DNA of 64,000 bases from Giardia intestinalis (taxonomy: Eukaryota): assembly GCA_000002435.2 (NCBI GenBank), contig CM018790.1; one strand, 5' to 3'. This document shows, piece after piece, positions 1 through 10,351 of the stretch. How positions within the stretch are numbered: the stretch's first letter is position 1; every line of letters begins with the position of its first letter. A program made the translations under genes and the position numbers. The notes under the pieces were generated by a model, which was not told the origin of the DNA, did not search any database, and saw nothing but the letters and a program-made list of their open reading frames with translations.

Positions 1-1
1 C

Positions 2-3000
2 ATCTCAGTAATAGACTGTGATTCTCCTTGTCTGGGCATTGACTTTGATAAGACGGGCAATTATCTTTACCTTCTATCCTATAGAAGCGTGTACGTGTTC
101 TCCTTCCTGGAAATTAGGCTTGTCAAACGCATAAATCTGTCTCAGCGGTTCGCCTTCTTGCCCCGTCCTAACGATTTTCCATCGTTTTCGCCACAAGATA
201 TGCAAAAGTATAAGCAAAGCTTACAGCTCATAAAGCGGGATGCTAAGCCGACCTGCATGGCTATAAGCACAAGGCTTCTTGTTGCGGTGGCCTTTACAGA
301 CGGCGATGTGTGCCTCTTTAGTTCTCTTGACGGCGCCCTGCTAAACCGCTATCTCACAGGTGGGTTCTTTTTCAATGCCGATCTTGCTCCCAAAGCCCAG
401 CAGCCTGTGTATGGCCAGGAGCAGCGTACCAGCCCACTTAGCAACGAAACAGTCACTGAGGCCACACTCCGTGAAGAATTTGATAAATTAGCCGAAATAG
501 ACTCGGCCCTCGGCGGTAAAGATAGGCGCCAGACAGGAATCAACCCCATTCTTAAGAAAAGGGCGGCGACAATCCTTTCTACATATGTCACTAAGCTGTC
601 GTTTATAGAAGCATTGAACTTTTCTCCACAGGGCCGTTCAAGATTTACTGCAACGCAGGGTGATAAGCTAGCTTACACGCCACTACTAGCTATCCTAGCA
701 GACGGAACTGCTGTTGAGTTGGATTTCCTGCAACAGATGTGGACAATTGGACGATTGGGACACAGGCCGGATGATGGGAAGATCGACCTGGTTTCCTTGA
801 CCGCGGCAAAGCTGATTGGCCAGCTGGTGCCCAGTACTACTTCTACTGAGGATAGAATAAAGTCGGAGGGAAAAGTAAGAGACACGACAAGGGGCTGTGT
901 TGACGTTCCGGAAAATCCTGCTGATAACCCCCTCTTAGCCGAGTATGATAACAGCCGGTTCTCTGTGACGCCAACCTTCCCTCGCACCATAGCAAGCTCC
1001 AGCCACAATAGCAGTACTGTTTTAAATAATACAGACACACTCGGCATGGTGTCCACGAAGGGGATCCTTGGACGCACCACAGCAACAGTTGGTAGCAGTG
1101 CGACGCATGGAGAAAGACGAGGCGCGTTCTCCCTGCCAGTGACTGCGATTTACCAACTCTATAATTCGCAGTACCCCGTTGCTATCAACGAAGACAATTA
1201 CCTGTCTTTCGAGATGTTCAAGGCCACGTACCTGAACTCATTGTCTCTCACACATGGAATTGAGGCGTACTCTTCTTGGGTTAAGCTAACCCCACCCATT
1301 ATCACAGAGGCGATTAACGAAACAGGCACACGTGCAATGCTGGGGAAGTTTCTCAATGATGAAGGTGTATTCAATAGTTTGCTGATGAATCCTCACCTTT
1401 TGAACGCTACCAGCACGCTGATAGTGTCTGGATCTGTTACCGGGACCGTTGTTCTTCACCCATATCCAGTGATAGATCAAGTTACCGGGGAGTACAAGCC
1501 GACACACTACAACACGAGGCTCCATGGCGCCCCCGTTAGTCACACGGCTATTGTTCGCGGATCGTACATAGTGAGCTGCAGTGTTGACGGTATGATACTG
1601 ATTTCAAGAATCCGCTACCCAGGGCTTCCGTTTATGACCAAGCCGGTTCCGCGTTCTTCCTTGGGGCTCAATCATATCGTCCGCTCGCGGAAGCACCAGG
1701 AGACACTTGATCTCCTTTTCTTCGAGCTTCTGACCCGTACCCTTCTAATGAAGCAGGCGTCCTTGACGTCAATATATGAAATAACTCATGCATCAGAAAC
1801 CCAACTTAAGCAGCTTATGGAAAGGTTCTTTGAGGCGAAGAAGGACAGCGTGAAGGCGCTTTCTGGTGCTTTCATGCGCCGCGACCGCATGCTCAAGAGA
1901 CGAACAGAGATTATGATAGACCGTGACATGAAACAAAATGTATTGCTTCGCGAACTAGTCAAGAGTTTTGAAGAACAGTTGTCATCACTCCAGTATGAGA
2001 AGAACAGATTGATTGAACGCTTAATACACAATGAGGAAAGTCATGGCAATCAGATCAAAGAATTAAAGATAGAAATGGAGGAGTCCGTGCAGAAGGAGAA
2101 GCTGCTCACGAAGAAGACTACGGAAGACCTCCAGGCACAGCTCAATAGCCTTTTCGAAGACGAGAGGCTACTCCGCGATCAAACAGAGCAGTGTGTGGAT
2201 GAAGCCAACAAGTCTCTTGAGACCGAAGTGATGGCATTAAAGATGAAGTTTCTTAAAACGGTCACCGCAGAAGTTTCCAATGTCTCAGACCTACGTGCCT
2301 CCCACAAAGAGTTAGAAAAAGAATTTGCCAATGTGATGAAGGACACATCTAGCAAAAAGACTGCGCTGACTCGAGCCCGAACTGAAAGTGGGCAAGCGCT
2401 ACAAGCTCTCCGCGTCGCCAAGGATACGCTAGAGCACTTGAAGGCAGACATTGTCGACCGAAACGCCACAATAGCTGAAAAGGGGCGCGTCTACCAAAGT
2501 ATCCAAAAGGAGAAGGTTGACCTGGAGAAAGTTGGCATGATCCTAAAGAACAGATCCTCTGAGCTAAAGGAGTGTATTGCTCCCAGAGACAACCTTCTGG
2601 CAGAGCTAGCAACTCAAGCGAACGAGATGGATGCTGAGCTGTTGAGGGATCAACAAAAGAGATACGAAAGCAATCTTACTATCTCGGAGTTGAGGCTACG
2701 TCGCCAAGGTCTGTCAAAGGAGCTGGCCAATAAAAAGGAGAAAATCGTGGCAGCAGAGGAGAGCATACTATTCATTCTCAACGATATACAGAACATATAT
2801 CGCAATGCGCTGTCTAACGAGGCAAAGGGGAAAGAGCTAGAAAGCTTGCGCAATGGATCCAAGGTGAACCATCATATTCTGGCAGAAGCTCTTAAAATAA
2901 GCAATAGTAATAGCAGGAACCACAAACCAAACGTGCCAGGTGAACAAAGGGCATCTAGTACTTCTGATGCGGGATCTCCTTTCAAAAAAGTGCATGTGAG

Positions 3001-4315
3001 CACAGCATACACGATGGCAACATCCATCGTAAATTCTGGAAATGTTGGGACAGCGCGGTCTTTCCAGCTGAGTCCTCAGCGCCGATCGGTTTCGTCCATG
3101 AACACCACTAAGTCGTCTGCAAGGTCTGGCACAGGGTCAGGGAGGAGCAGCGTTTTAGAGACGCGGCATCTGGACATGACAGGCAGTGACAAAGACGGCA
3201 CACGCAACCGTCGTACAGCCAGCGCTGCTAGTAGTGCCGTATCTTCCGCCACCAAAGGGTCTGACGACTTCACCATGACAGCTATTGCGCAAGCCCTATC
3301 ACGTACTGGGGAGACTGTCAAGGACATTTACGACACTAGTATAAAGTACATGCAGCTCGTCGAGCAAGAGCGCGAATTTCATACCAAGTGCACCAAGGGC
3401 ATAAGCAACTCCATCCACTCTCTATACCTTAAGCATTGCTGTGAGAACAGTAAGTCCAGCAAGTCTCTGCTAAGTGAGGCGTTAGAGCTACGAAACGATC
3501 CACTAACACAGGTATCCACTCTGCTATCTACGCAGAAGACCATCATGTCTGACGAGATGCTAGCCAGGCAGAGGACGTATCTAGAGCGTTCTGTAGCAAC
3601 ACTTGAGAAGTCGCTTGAGCGGCAGAAGCTGCAACTCTCCCAGGCAATTGAGAAGGCAAGGCTACACTCCAGCGAGCTACTCGCTCTCTCCAATCTGATG
3701 CGCCGTGAAAACAAGAGGTTACAGCAACAGCTGCGCGCGGCGAAGTTAGAGTTGATCAAAAAGAGGCAGTCTTCGGCATTGTACCAGAGTGCTGACCCTA
3801 GCTTCAGCAAAACTGTTAGCAAGGCCGTGATTCAGATAGAAGATGAGATTAGACAGCAGACAGAGAAGATGGAGACAGATAGCACGGAGGATACGCTTGG
3901 AATATTCGATGAAGCGTTCAAGCGGCCCATCGGAAGTGTATCGTTTACCACCCCTGGAAACATCACCAGCCTTGATGCCTTGCAGCTAGAACCGACAGAA
4001 TTAGAGGAGTATCTGAATACAAACTTTCCCATTTCTCGCTCACCATCACCATCATCAACGTCTCCGCAACCTCCGGGACCCCCTCAGTTTCTTACTGCTG
4101 ATAAGCCTGTAATATTGCCGACGTTACCAGCTCGGGGAAGAGAAGCAAGCGACTCTAGCTCAAACCCGATTGCAATTCAGTCCAGACCCGGCTCAAGGTT
4201 AGAGAACTTAGGTATAGGCGAGCTGCACGAGAGCTCAGAAATAAGTGGGATTTCTTCGAAGCACATAAGTGGAAGCGCAAGGGTGTCCCTGCCTCCGCTG
4301 GCTCGTGTAAAATGA
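2..4315 (+). CDS. 5'-partial gene running off the left window edge: WD40-like N-terminus followed by a long coiled-coil protein
   Basis: The reading frame is open from position 2. The track 'M' at 89 is a GTG codon, not ATG. Upstream in-frame sequence (..GNYLYLLSYRSVYVFSF.., ..VAVAFTDGDVCLFSSLDG..) looks like beta-propeller strands. The middle ~700 aa are heptad-rich (KELKIEMEESVQKEKLL..). The TGA stop at 4313-4315 is followed directly by AGTAAA. Confidence 0.6.
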   Translation: MSVIDCDSPCLGIDFDKTGNYLYLLSYRSVYVFSFLEIRLVKRINLSQRFAFLPRPNDFPSFSPQDMQKYKQSLQLIKRDAKPTCMAISTRLLVAVAFTDGDVCLFSSLDGALLNRYLTGGFFFNADLAPKAQQPVYGQEQRTSPLSNETVTEATLREEFDKLAEIDSALGGKDRRQTGINPILKKRAATILSTYVTKLSFIEALNFSPQGRSRFTATQGDKLAYTPLLAILADGTAVELDFLQQMWTIGRLGHRPDDGKIDLVSLTAAKLIGQLVPSTTSTEDRIKSEGKVRDTTRGCVDVPENPADNPLLAEYDNSRFSVTPTFPRTIASSSHNSSTVLNNTDTLGMVSTKGILGRTTATVGSSATHGERRGAFSLPVTAIYQLYNSQYPVAINEDNYLSFEMFKATYLNSLSLTHGIEAYSSWVKLTPPIITEAINETGTRAMLGKFLNDEGVFNSLLMNPHLLNATSTLIVSGSVTGTVVLHPYPVIDQVTGEYKPTHYNTRLHGAPVSHTAIVRGSYIVSCSVDGMILISRIRYPGLPFMTKPVPRSSLGLNHIVRSRKHQETLDLLFFELLTRTLLMKQASLTSIYEITHASETQLKQLMERFFEAKKDSVKALSGAFMRRDRMLKRRTEIMIDRDMKQNVLLRELVKSFEEQLSSLQYEKNRLIERLIHNEESHGNQIKELKIEMEESVQKEKLLTKKTTEDLQAQLNSLFEDERLLRDQTEQCVDEANKSLETEVMALKMKFLKTVTAEVSNVSDLRASHKELEKEFANVMKDTSSKKTALTRARTESGQALQALRVAKDTLEHLKADIVDRNATIAEKGRVYQSIQKEKVDLEKVGMILKNRSSELKECIAPRDNLLAELATQANEMDAELLRDQQKRYESNLTISELRLRRQGLSKELANKKEKIVAAEESILFILNDIQNIYRNALSNEAKGKELESLRNGSKVNHHILAEALKISNSNSRNHKPNVPGEQRASSTSDAGSPFKKVHVSTAYTMATSIVNSGNVGTARSFQLSPQRRSVSSMNTTKSSARSGTGSGRSSVLETRHLDMTGSDKDGTRNRRTASAASSAVSSATKGSDDFTMTAIAQALSRTGETVKDIYDTSIKYMQLVEQEREFHTKCTKGISNSIHSLYLKHCCENSKSSKSLLSEALELRNDPLTQVSTLLSTQKTIMSDEMLARQRTYLERSVATLEKSLERQKLQLSQAIEKARLHSSELLALSNLMRRENKRLQQQLRAAKLELIKKRQSSALYQSADPSFSKTVSKAVIQIEDEIRQQTEKMETDSTEDTLGIFDEAFKRPIGSVSFTTPGNITSLDALQLEPTELEEYLNTNFPISRSPSPSSTSPQPPGPPQFLTADKPVILPTLPARGREASDSSSNPIAIQSRPGSRLENLGIGELHESSEISGISSKHISGSARVSLPPLARVK

Positions 4316-4321
4316 AGTAAA
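4316..4321 (+). promoter_or_regulatory. AGTAAA polyadenylation-signal-like motif immediately after the stop codon
   Basis: Sequence tgaAGTAAAtgcgctaaatcaaaaaaATG. The Giardia-type AGTPuAA signal sits in the 23-nt gap before the next gene's ATG at 4339. Confidence 0.5.
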
Positions 4322-4338
4322 TGCGCTAAATCAAAAAA

Positions 4339-7300
4339 ATGGCTTCGGTGCCCTACCTTCCGCCTCCTCTCACACCCCTGAACATTATCGGAGACACCGC
4401 TTATACCACAGTTTATGAGGCGAAGGACTCTGATACGGGAGCAATACGCGCTTGCAAGGTCGCGAACTACTCGGACGTGGCGGAACTCACCCACGAGGAT
4501 ATGGCACAGATAATGCTAATGTATTGTCACTTCATGGATACCCACGTCGTCCACATCTATTCTGCAACGTCGGACGCGCGTCGTCACTCATACTACCTGG
4601 TCATGGAGGAATGTGTAGGAAACTTAGAAAATCTCGTTCAATATTACCGGCTCCACGAGGAAATCATTCCAGAGCCTCTTATCCTAGAGATCTTGGCACA
4701 GGTAATTTCTGCCACTGCATATCTGCACAACCCTCATAACAAGCAGTTTAAGGGTTATGCTGGAGACGTATACACAATCGGGTGCATAATACATCGTAGT
4801 ATCACTCCGTCGAACGTACTGATAGCTGAGAATGGCTACATTAAGCTGTCAGACATGCCCCCAGTCGAATCCCTCTTCCATCACGGTCTGCTTGCAAACT
4901 TCCGTGCCAAGTGTTCGTTCTGTGCACCAGAGCTCCTGTCAGAGATAGATGAGTACGATGAAAAGGTCGACGTTTGGTCCATTGGAGCCTTAGGTTACTA
5001 CCTATGCTCCCTGGCGCCTGTGGTGTCGGGCTCAGATTCTGCGCTCGTGTACCAGCGCATGAAGAGCTTGACGCCCAAAGACACCGCAATACCCAACGTT
5101 TATTCGAATTCCCTTCGGACACTAATACAAGAACTCTTAACTGTGGACCAGGACAAGAGACCAACTATCTTTGACGTAATCGTGCACCCTCTCATCGTCA
5201 GTGCCGCAGAATCTATTACCTCTGTTGGCCCACAGCCTCTCCCGTTGGAGTCTGTTCCGCGGACCTCACTGGACGCAGATAAGAGTCTCTACCACCAGGG
5301 CCATGACACGAGCATGAGCCAACAGAGCGGTATGTCCTCTGTTAGCCTCTTTAATCAGAGAATCACTGAGTCATACCTGAAAAATTGCGATAGCCCTGAT
5401 AAAGCAAAGATACTCCAGGACCGGCGGCGGCGGGAGTATGAGTTGGAGAAGGAGGAAGATGAAGAGTATGCCAGGCGGCAAGAGCTATATAAGCAATATG
5501 ACGAGGAGGCTAACAGTGAAAAGCGGTTGAAGGAGGAGAGCGCTCGCAGGGCAGATGCCAGCATCAATCCGTACACAGCTGCATTCTATGCCAACGACGC
5601 CTTCAGACAGACAAACAAGGACACAACAAACTACCAGGAGCAACCAGAAAGCCACACACGAGCCTCCCGTGCCCGCACATTTCACGAGATCGAAGTTTCA
5701 CCCAACTACAAGCATACTTGCACGGAGTCTGTCACAGCTCCCCTAAAGCTCACGTCCTTCAAAGCTTCTCTTCCTCAGGATAGTCGTAGTCCTTCCACCT
5801 ATGTCGGAATAGAAACGAACATAAAGGTGGCCGACACTCCGATGGGAGATCAATTCGCTGAGGCACAGCCACAGGACCTGGCCGGGGTGCGGAAGTCTCT
5901 GCTTAGCCAGAAGCGCACATACGACGCTATCAGGGACGAATTACACAATACCCCGCTCATAACGGCTGTGCTAGATGAAGATATCAACGGCGTCATGGCT
6001 AACTTATCATATGCTAAGGAGACCAACGCTCTTGGCAAGACGGCACTAATGTATGCAGCTGAGAGAAACTTCTGCTCGGCAGTTAAAGTCCTTGCGCCAT
6101 TGGAAGCAGGAATGGTTGATCCGAACGGTGTCTCTGCGCTTCAAATGGCCCTCTTGAACAACAGCCTAACTTCTGCCAAGATACTCACCCCGGCCGAAGG
6201 TTTTGATCTAAAGAATCCGGAAGAAGACGTTCTGGGCACGACCGAGCTCATGGTTGCAGCTCAGCGCGGAGATATTGTCACAGCGTGGTGCCTTCTGCCA
6301 TACCAAAGCAACAAGGCAGATCATCTAGGGAAGACAGCGCTGATCTATGCTCTGGAGAACGATTGGCCTGAGCTCGCCCGTATCCTTGCACCGAGAGAGG
6401 GTGGCTTTGCCTATAAACCAGGTTCCCTTACAGCCCTGCACATATGCGCAATGAAGAATTACGCTCCCGTCGCTGTAATACTTAGTGGTAAAGAGGCAGG
6501 CATCCGGACAAAGGACGGAGAAACAGCTCTGCACATAGCAACACGTAACAAGTTCTATGATGTCATGAAAGCGCTTGTAGACATCGAGGGCTGCATCACA
6601 AACGGCGACGGCTACACTGCACTTATGATAGCGGCACTCAACAACGACCCTGTTGGTGCGAACATTCTCGTCGCCAAAGAGGGATCGATATTGACTCCTG
6701 ACGGAAAATCTGCTCTCGAACTCGCCCTTGAGCGTTCTTACTTCGAGGTTGCAGAGGCCATAGCGCCCGAGGAAGCGTATAGATTCAAAAATATGAACGT
6801 AAATACAGATGGGGTAACAGACTTGATGATGGCCATTGAGAATAAGGACATTGTCGCAGCCTATTCTCTTATGCGTCAGAGTCGCCTTATGGACAATGAC
6901 AACACCTCTGCGCTGGTGCGGACTATCCAGACCCAATCAGTGGATGATCTCACTTCGAGCTTTGTGAAGATGCTGGCAGGAAAGGAATCGACGTTACGGC
7001 ATGATGTAATGGATAAGAAGCAGCTGTCCCCTCTTTCTATTGCAGTCCTTTCGGGGAACTACGAGGCTGCTGCGGAGTTGGCGAAGATTGATGGGATGAA
7101 TCCAGATAACTATGAGTGCCGCGGGATGCGCAAGACAGAGCTGATGCAGGTTGCCGAGGTCGGAGACATTGGGAACGTCTGGTGCCTGCGGTCACAAGCA
7201 GGGCTAACCGATAAAGATGGTACCACGGCCCTGATGTTAGCGGCGCAAAATGGACACCTGGAATGCGTCAAGTTGTTGTTTGAGTATGAAAAGGGGATGC

Positions 7301-8040
7301 GGCGCACCACAGATAATAGGAATGCTCTCGAGCTAGCCATAGAAAACGGGCACATAGAGATTTCCAAACTCCTAAACGACGCGGAAGGGACCGTCCCAGA
7401 CAAAGCGAAGTCCTACGGCTATTGTAAGACCGACCTGATCAATGCTGTCATTGCTAACAAGCCAGTCGACGTCTGGAGTTTGGCGGCGATACAAGCGCGG
7501 CTTCACGATGAGTACGGAAAGACTGCGCTGATGTATGCTGCAGAGAGAAACTTCACAAATCTCATCAAAATTCTTGTTGAGCCCGAGGCAGGGATGACCA
7601 TGCTGTCAGAGTGGCGTGGGGCGACTGCGCTAATGTGGGCAGCACGTCTCGGGCACTACGAGGCGTGTGAGCTTCTAGTCTCAGAGGCAGGTGCGCAGGA
7701 TAGCTATGGGATGACAGCCCTGATCTTGGCTGCAGAGGCAAACTTTGATAACGTGGTTCAGCTCCTAGTACAGTACGAGAAGGGAATACGGATGTTCAAC
7801 AGCCGCACTGCGTGCATGCGTGCAGCAGAGAACTTCTGCCTGGAGTCCCTGAGAATACTGTTGCCTGAGGAAGGCCATATGCTGCACCATACGGGAAAGT
7901 CGTGCTTAGACCTGGCTATGGACTCTAAGGTAGCAGTTGAACAGTCGCGTAGGTTTGCGTGTCTTTCGTTGCTCAAGAAGCACTACAAGGAGAATCCCGT
8001 ATCGACCGATAGCATTGAAGAGACAGTGCCTACTGTGTAA
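4339..8040 (+). CDS. NEK-family protein kinase-like protein (probable pseudokinase) with a long C-terminal ankyrin-repeat array
   Basis: The N-terminal ~280 aa form a kinase fold (VAIK-like IRACKV, APE-like CAPELL, DVWSIG). The glycine loop is degenerate (IGDTAYTTVY), the catalytic HRD is HRS and DFG is DMP. From about residue 520 there are more than 15 ankyrin repeats (GKTALMYAAERNF occurs twice, plus TALHIATRN, TALMLAAQNGH). The ATG start was verified. Confidence 0.8.
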   Translation: MASVPYLPPPLTPLNIIGDTAYTTVYEAKDSDTGAIRACKVANYSDVAELTHEDMAQIMLMYCHFMDTHVVHIYSATSDARRHSYYLVMEECVGNLENLVQYYRLHEEIIPEPLILEILAQVISATAYLHNPHNKQFKGYAGDVYTIGCIIHRSITPSNVLIAENGYIKLSDMPPVESLFHHGLLANFRAKCSFCAPELLSEIDEYDEKVDVWSIGALGYYLCSLAPVVSGSDSALVYQRMKSLTPKDTAIPNVYSNSLRTLIQELLTVDQDKRPTIFDVIVHPLIVSAAESITSVGPQPLPLESVPRTSLDADKSLYHQGHDTSMSQQSGMSSVSLFNQRITESYLKNCDSPDKAKILQDRRRREYELEKEEDEEYARRQELYKQYDEEANSEKRLKEESARRADASINPYTAAFYANDAFRQTNKDTTNYQEQPESHTRASRARTFHEIEVSPNYKHTCTESVTAPLKLTSFKASLPQDSRSPSTYVGIETNIKVADTPMGDQFAEAQPQDLAGVRKSLLSQKRTYDAIRDELHNTPLITAVLDEDINGVMANLSYAKETNALGKTALMYAAERNFCSAVKVLAPLEAGMVDPNGVSALQMALLNNSLTSAKILTPAEGFDLKNPEEDVLGTTELMVAAQRGDIVTAWCLLPYQSNKADHLGKTALIYALENDWPELARILAPREGGFAYKPGSLTALHICAMKNYAPVAVILSGKEAGIRTKDGETALHIATRNKFYDVMKALVDIEGCITNGDGYTALMIAALNNDPVGANILVAKEGSILTPDGKSALELALERSYFEVAEAIAPEEAYRFKNMNVNTDGVTDLMMAIENKDIVAAYSLMRQSRLMDNDNTSALVRTIQTQSVDDLTSSFVKMLAGKESTLRHDVMDKKQLSPLSIAVLSGNYEAAAELAKIDGMNPDNYECRGMRKTELMQVAEVGDIGNVWCLRSQAGLTDKDGTTALMLAAQNGHLECVKLLFEYEKGMRRTTDNRNALELAIENGHIEISKLLNDAEGTVPDKAKSYGYCKTDLINAVIANKPVDVWSLAAIQARLHDEYGKTALMYAAERNFTNLIKILVEPEAGMTMLSEWRGATALMWAARLGHYEACELLVSEAGAQDSYGMTALILAAEANFDNVVQLLVQYEKGIRMFNSRTACMRAAENFCLESLRILLPEEGHMLHHTGKSCLDLAMDSKVAVEQSRRFACLSLLKKHYKENPVSTDSIEETVPTV

Positions 8041-8062
8041 ACTATCAAGTGATATAAAATAA

Positions 8063-8533
8063 ATGAGCACACAGGACGCATGGCCTCCGGTCTACTACGA
8101 CTTTCGGCGTTACGGCCTTTCGTTCCATAAGATGAAGACGCCGCGCATAGAGCATCTGGTGGAGCTGTGTGACCACTACCTGGAATGTCTTAAGAGGTAT
8201 GAGGACACCTTTTCTCCCACCAGAACGCGTGCACAAGTGGCAGTTCGACAGACAATCAACGTAATACGTGGCATAGCGCTGCGGCTGATCTCTGTGTCTA
8301 AGACAGCCTCTCTACAGAACAGTGAGAAGTCCCAGGCCGACTATGAGCTTGAAGTGCTTCAAGCGGCAGATTTACCTACGGACCCTGAGCGTACGCCTGA
8401 GAGCATGAAGCAACAACTCCTCGACCTGGAGACGGCATACGTCCTTCGGCTTGACACTGTGGCCTCACTCAAAAGGCGCATAGCCATGCTTGAAGAGTCG
8501 CTGGATCCAGCAATAAGCAAGCACCTATTTTAG
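8063..8533 (+). CDS. hypothetical small protein (156 aa)
   Basis: An ATG-initiated ORF directly downstream of the NEK gene. Its 3' end overlaps the convergent gene's 3' end by 9 nt. No recognisable domain. Confidence 0.4.
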   Translation: MSTQDAWPPVYYDFRRYGLSFHKMKTPRIEHLVELCDHYLECLKRYEDTFSPTRTRAQVAVRQTINVIRGIALRLISVSKTASLQNSEKSQADYELEVLQAADLPTDPERTPESMKQQLLDLETAYVLRLDTVASLKRRIAMLEESLDPAISKHLF

Positions 8534-9886
8534 TGGGGCATAGGGCTTTATGTCTATCGTCTTATAGCGACGTATTAATTGCGCAACTTCATCGGGGTCA
8601 TCACCGTCTTTTTGGCTCTTCTTCTCCATCTCCGAATAATAATCTAGCCCTTCTAGTATTCGTCCTCGGCGGTCCATGTCTGCCAATAGCTGTGCAGGCT
8701 TGAGGTTAAACTTCTCAGGATTTGTCAGAAAAGGTGCACTTGCAGGTCTCGTGGCACGCTCGGGCATGCCGTGGTCACTTTTCTGTATAGTATGTGCGGT
8801 GTTCCTTATGGTAGCTGCGAGGTTAGGATCGTTCTTGAGGCGCTCCCGAGTGTCTGAAGCCAGGAGACTATGCAGATCCCTTTCTATGGCAGTGTCTGGG
8901 GCCTCCTTGCGCACAGAAGAGGTGTGGGGGATGCCGTGTCGACAGCAGTATATTAGCTCGTTTATTTTGAGATAAATGGTGTCATTGGGCTGAAGACGCA
9001 TGATCATGGCAAGCTTTTCTGCTTTGTAAGCATAAAGTTCTGCGTCCCGCTTGCAATTTGTAAATAACAAAACCCGTGATATCAAGTAGTATGTGTTCAG
9101 AAGCCATAACACACGCTCCTGCTGCTCCCAAGAAGGCTCCCCGCTGTCTGCTCGAGAAGCTTTTAGAAGCTGTCGATACACTCTGGCAGCCTTGTCTAGA
9201 AGGCCCAATGCCTTCGTAAAGGTTGCCCTGCTTCCATTGTCAGCACAAATCATACATTCTGCTAGCAGCACAGATGCTCGGGCATGGTCATCTGTTTCGG
9301 GAAAGCATGCTTCCAATCGCCGGTGAACAAATTTTGCATGTATGAGTGCCTCCACAGGCTTTCGAAGTTGGATGTAGCAGCACGACAGAGTGGTGTGAAG
9401 CCCCGCAAGAATAATACTCACATCCCTTGTGATGCTCGCCCGCTCCTCCTCGGATCCTGCTGTATATGTTATGGTAGTAGACATAGCATGCTGTACCCCC
9501 TTCTCTAGATGAGAGATGCCCTCTGAATAACTCCCCAGCTGCAAGTGGCACTTGCCGATACAATTAGCCAAAAACGCAGTTTGGAGTCGCGTTGTAGCGT
9601 TGAGTGTGCGTTGTAGAAGCCTTCGTGCAGTCATGTATTCGCCAAGACTCGCAGTCCACTGTTGCTGCCTGTACAGGATGCTTCCGTTCAGTGTATGTAA
9701 TGATGCCAGCAGCAAGACAGGACCGTTAGAATCTCTGCACTCATATGGATGGCCCCTGGCTCTGCCCGTGGGATGTAGCTCACTGCAGACCCTATAGGCT
9801 TCTTCTAGACCAGATTGCAAGCTTTTACTTGCGGCCTCGTAGTTCTCCTCCTTGGCTGCCAATAACGCCGATGCATACTCATCCAT
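8525..9886 (-). CDS. TPR-like helical repeat protein (hypothetical)
   Basis: A 453-aa ORF whose ATG was verified at 9884-9886. It has repeated ~34-aa helical hairpins with the A/Y/L spacing typical of TPR. Confidence 0.55.
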   Translation of the reverse strand: MDEYASALLAAKEENYEAASKSLQSGLEEAYRVCSELHPTGRARGHPYECRDSNGPVLLLASLHTLNGSILYRQQQWTASLGEYMTARRLLQRTLNATTRLQTAFLANCIGKCHLQLGSYSEGISHLEKGVQHAMSTTITYTAGSEEERASITRDVSIILAGLHTTLSCCYIQLRKPVEALIHAKFVHRRLEACFPETDDHARASVLLAECMICADNGSRATFTKALGLLDKAARVYRQLLKASRADSGEPSWEQQERVLWLLNTYYLISRVLLFTNCKRDAELYAYKAEKLAMIMRLQPNDTIYLKINELIYCCRHGIPHTSSVRKEAPDTAIERDLHSLLASDTRERLKNDPNLAATIRNTAHTIQKSDHGMPERATRPASAPFLTNPEKFNLKPAQLLADMDRRGRILEGLDYYSEMEKKSQKDGDDPDEVAQLIRRYKTIDIKPYAPLK

Positions 9887-10351
9887 AAGTGATTGCTATG
9901 CTGTGAACTGGTCAGACAAAGCGCTAACTCAGGGGTTGTGGTACAGTTTTTTAGTTCCAGCGCAATGCATGTCATTACGTACACACTTCCTACCTTCGGG
10001 AGCGTGGAGTGCCACCTTGCAGACACGGAGTACTTGCATGATATAATAGTGAATCTAAAGTATGTCCTTTCGCATACTTGTACCGTGTATGCAAACAGGG
10101 CGCGTAGTAATGAGAGCTATCTGTTGGGGGCGGAGGCTCTGCTCCTCCCTGCCGTAAGCTTCGTCATATGCGGATCAATCCTGTTGACGTGTACCCTTGA
10201 GCCACCTATGCTCAACTCAACCAGCGTGGTTGATGACACTCATGTTATCGAGTCCGCATTCATCTGCAGGATTCAGGCAAGACGGGCAACTGCGGAGGAG
10301 CTGCTGTCTGGAGGAAAGCTGATGCATCCGTAACTCCACAGCAGAGGATGT

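Noticed and set aside
89-91. Start codon of the first ORF as given in the track
   Set aside because: The codon is GTG and the frame is open to the window edge, so the ORF is treated as a 5'-partial gene rather than starting here.
6325-6936. 203-aa minus-strand ORF inside the ankyrin-repeat region of the first NEK gene
   Set aside because: It is antisense to clear ankyrin repeats. Repetitive GC-balanced repeats commonly leave open antisense frames.
9893-10333. 146-aa plus-strand ORF filling the gap between the IFT121 3' end and the TPR gene 5' end
   Set aside because: The track start is TTG. From the first ATG only ~120 aa remain, and there is no motif or terminator-like AGTAAA. It is most likely spacer/UTR sequence, though a small gene cannot be excluded.
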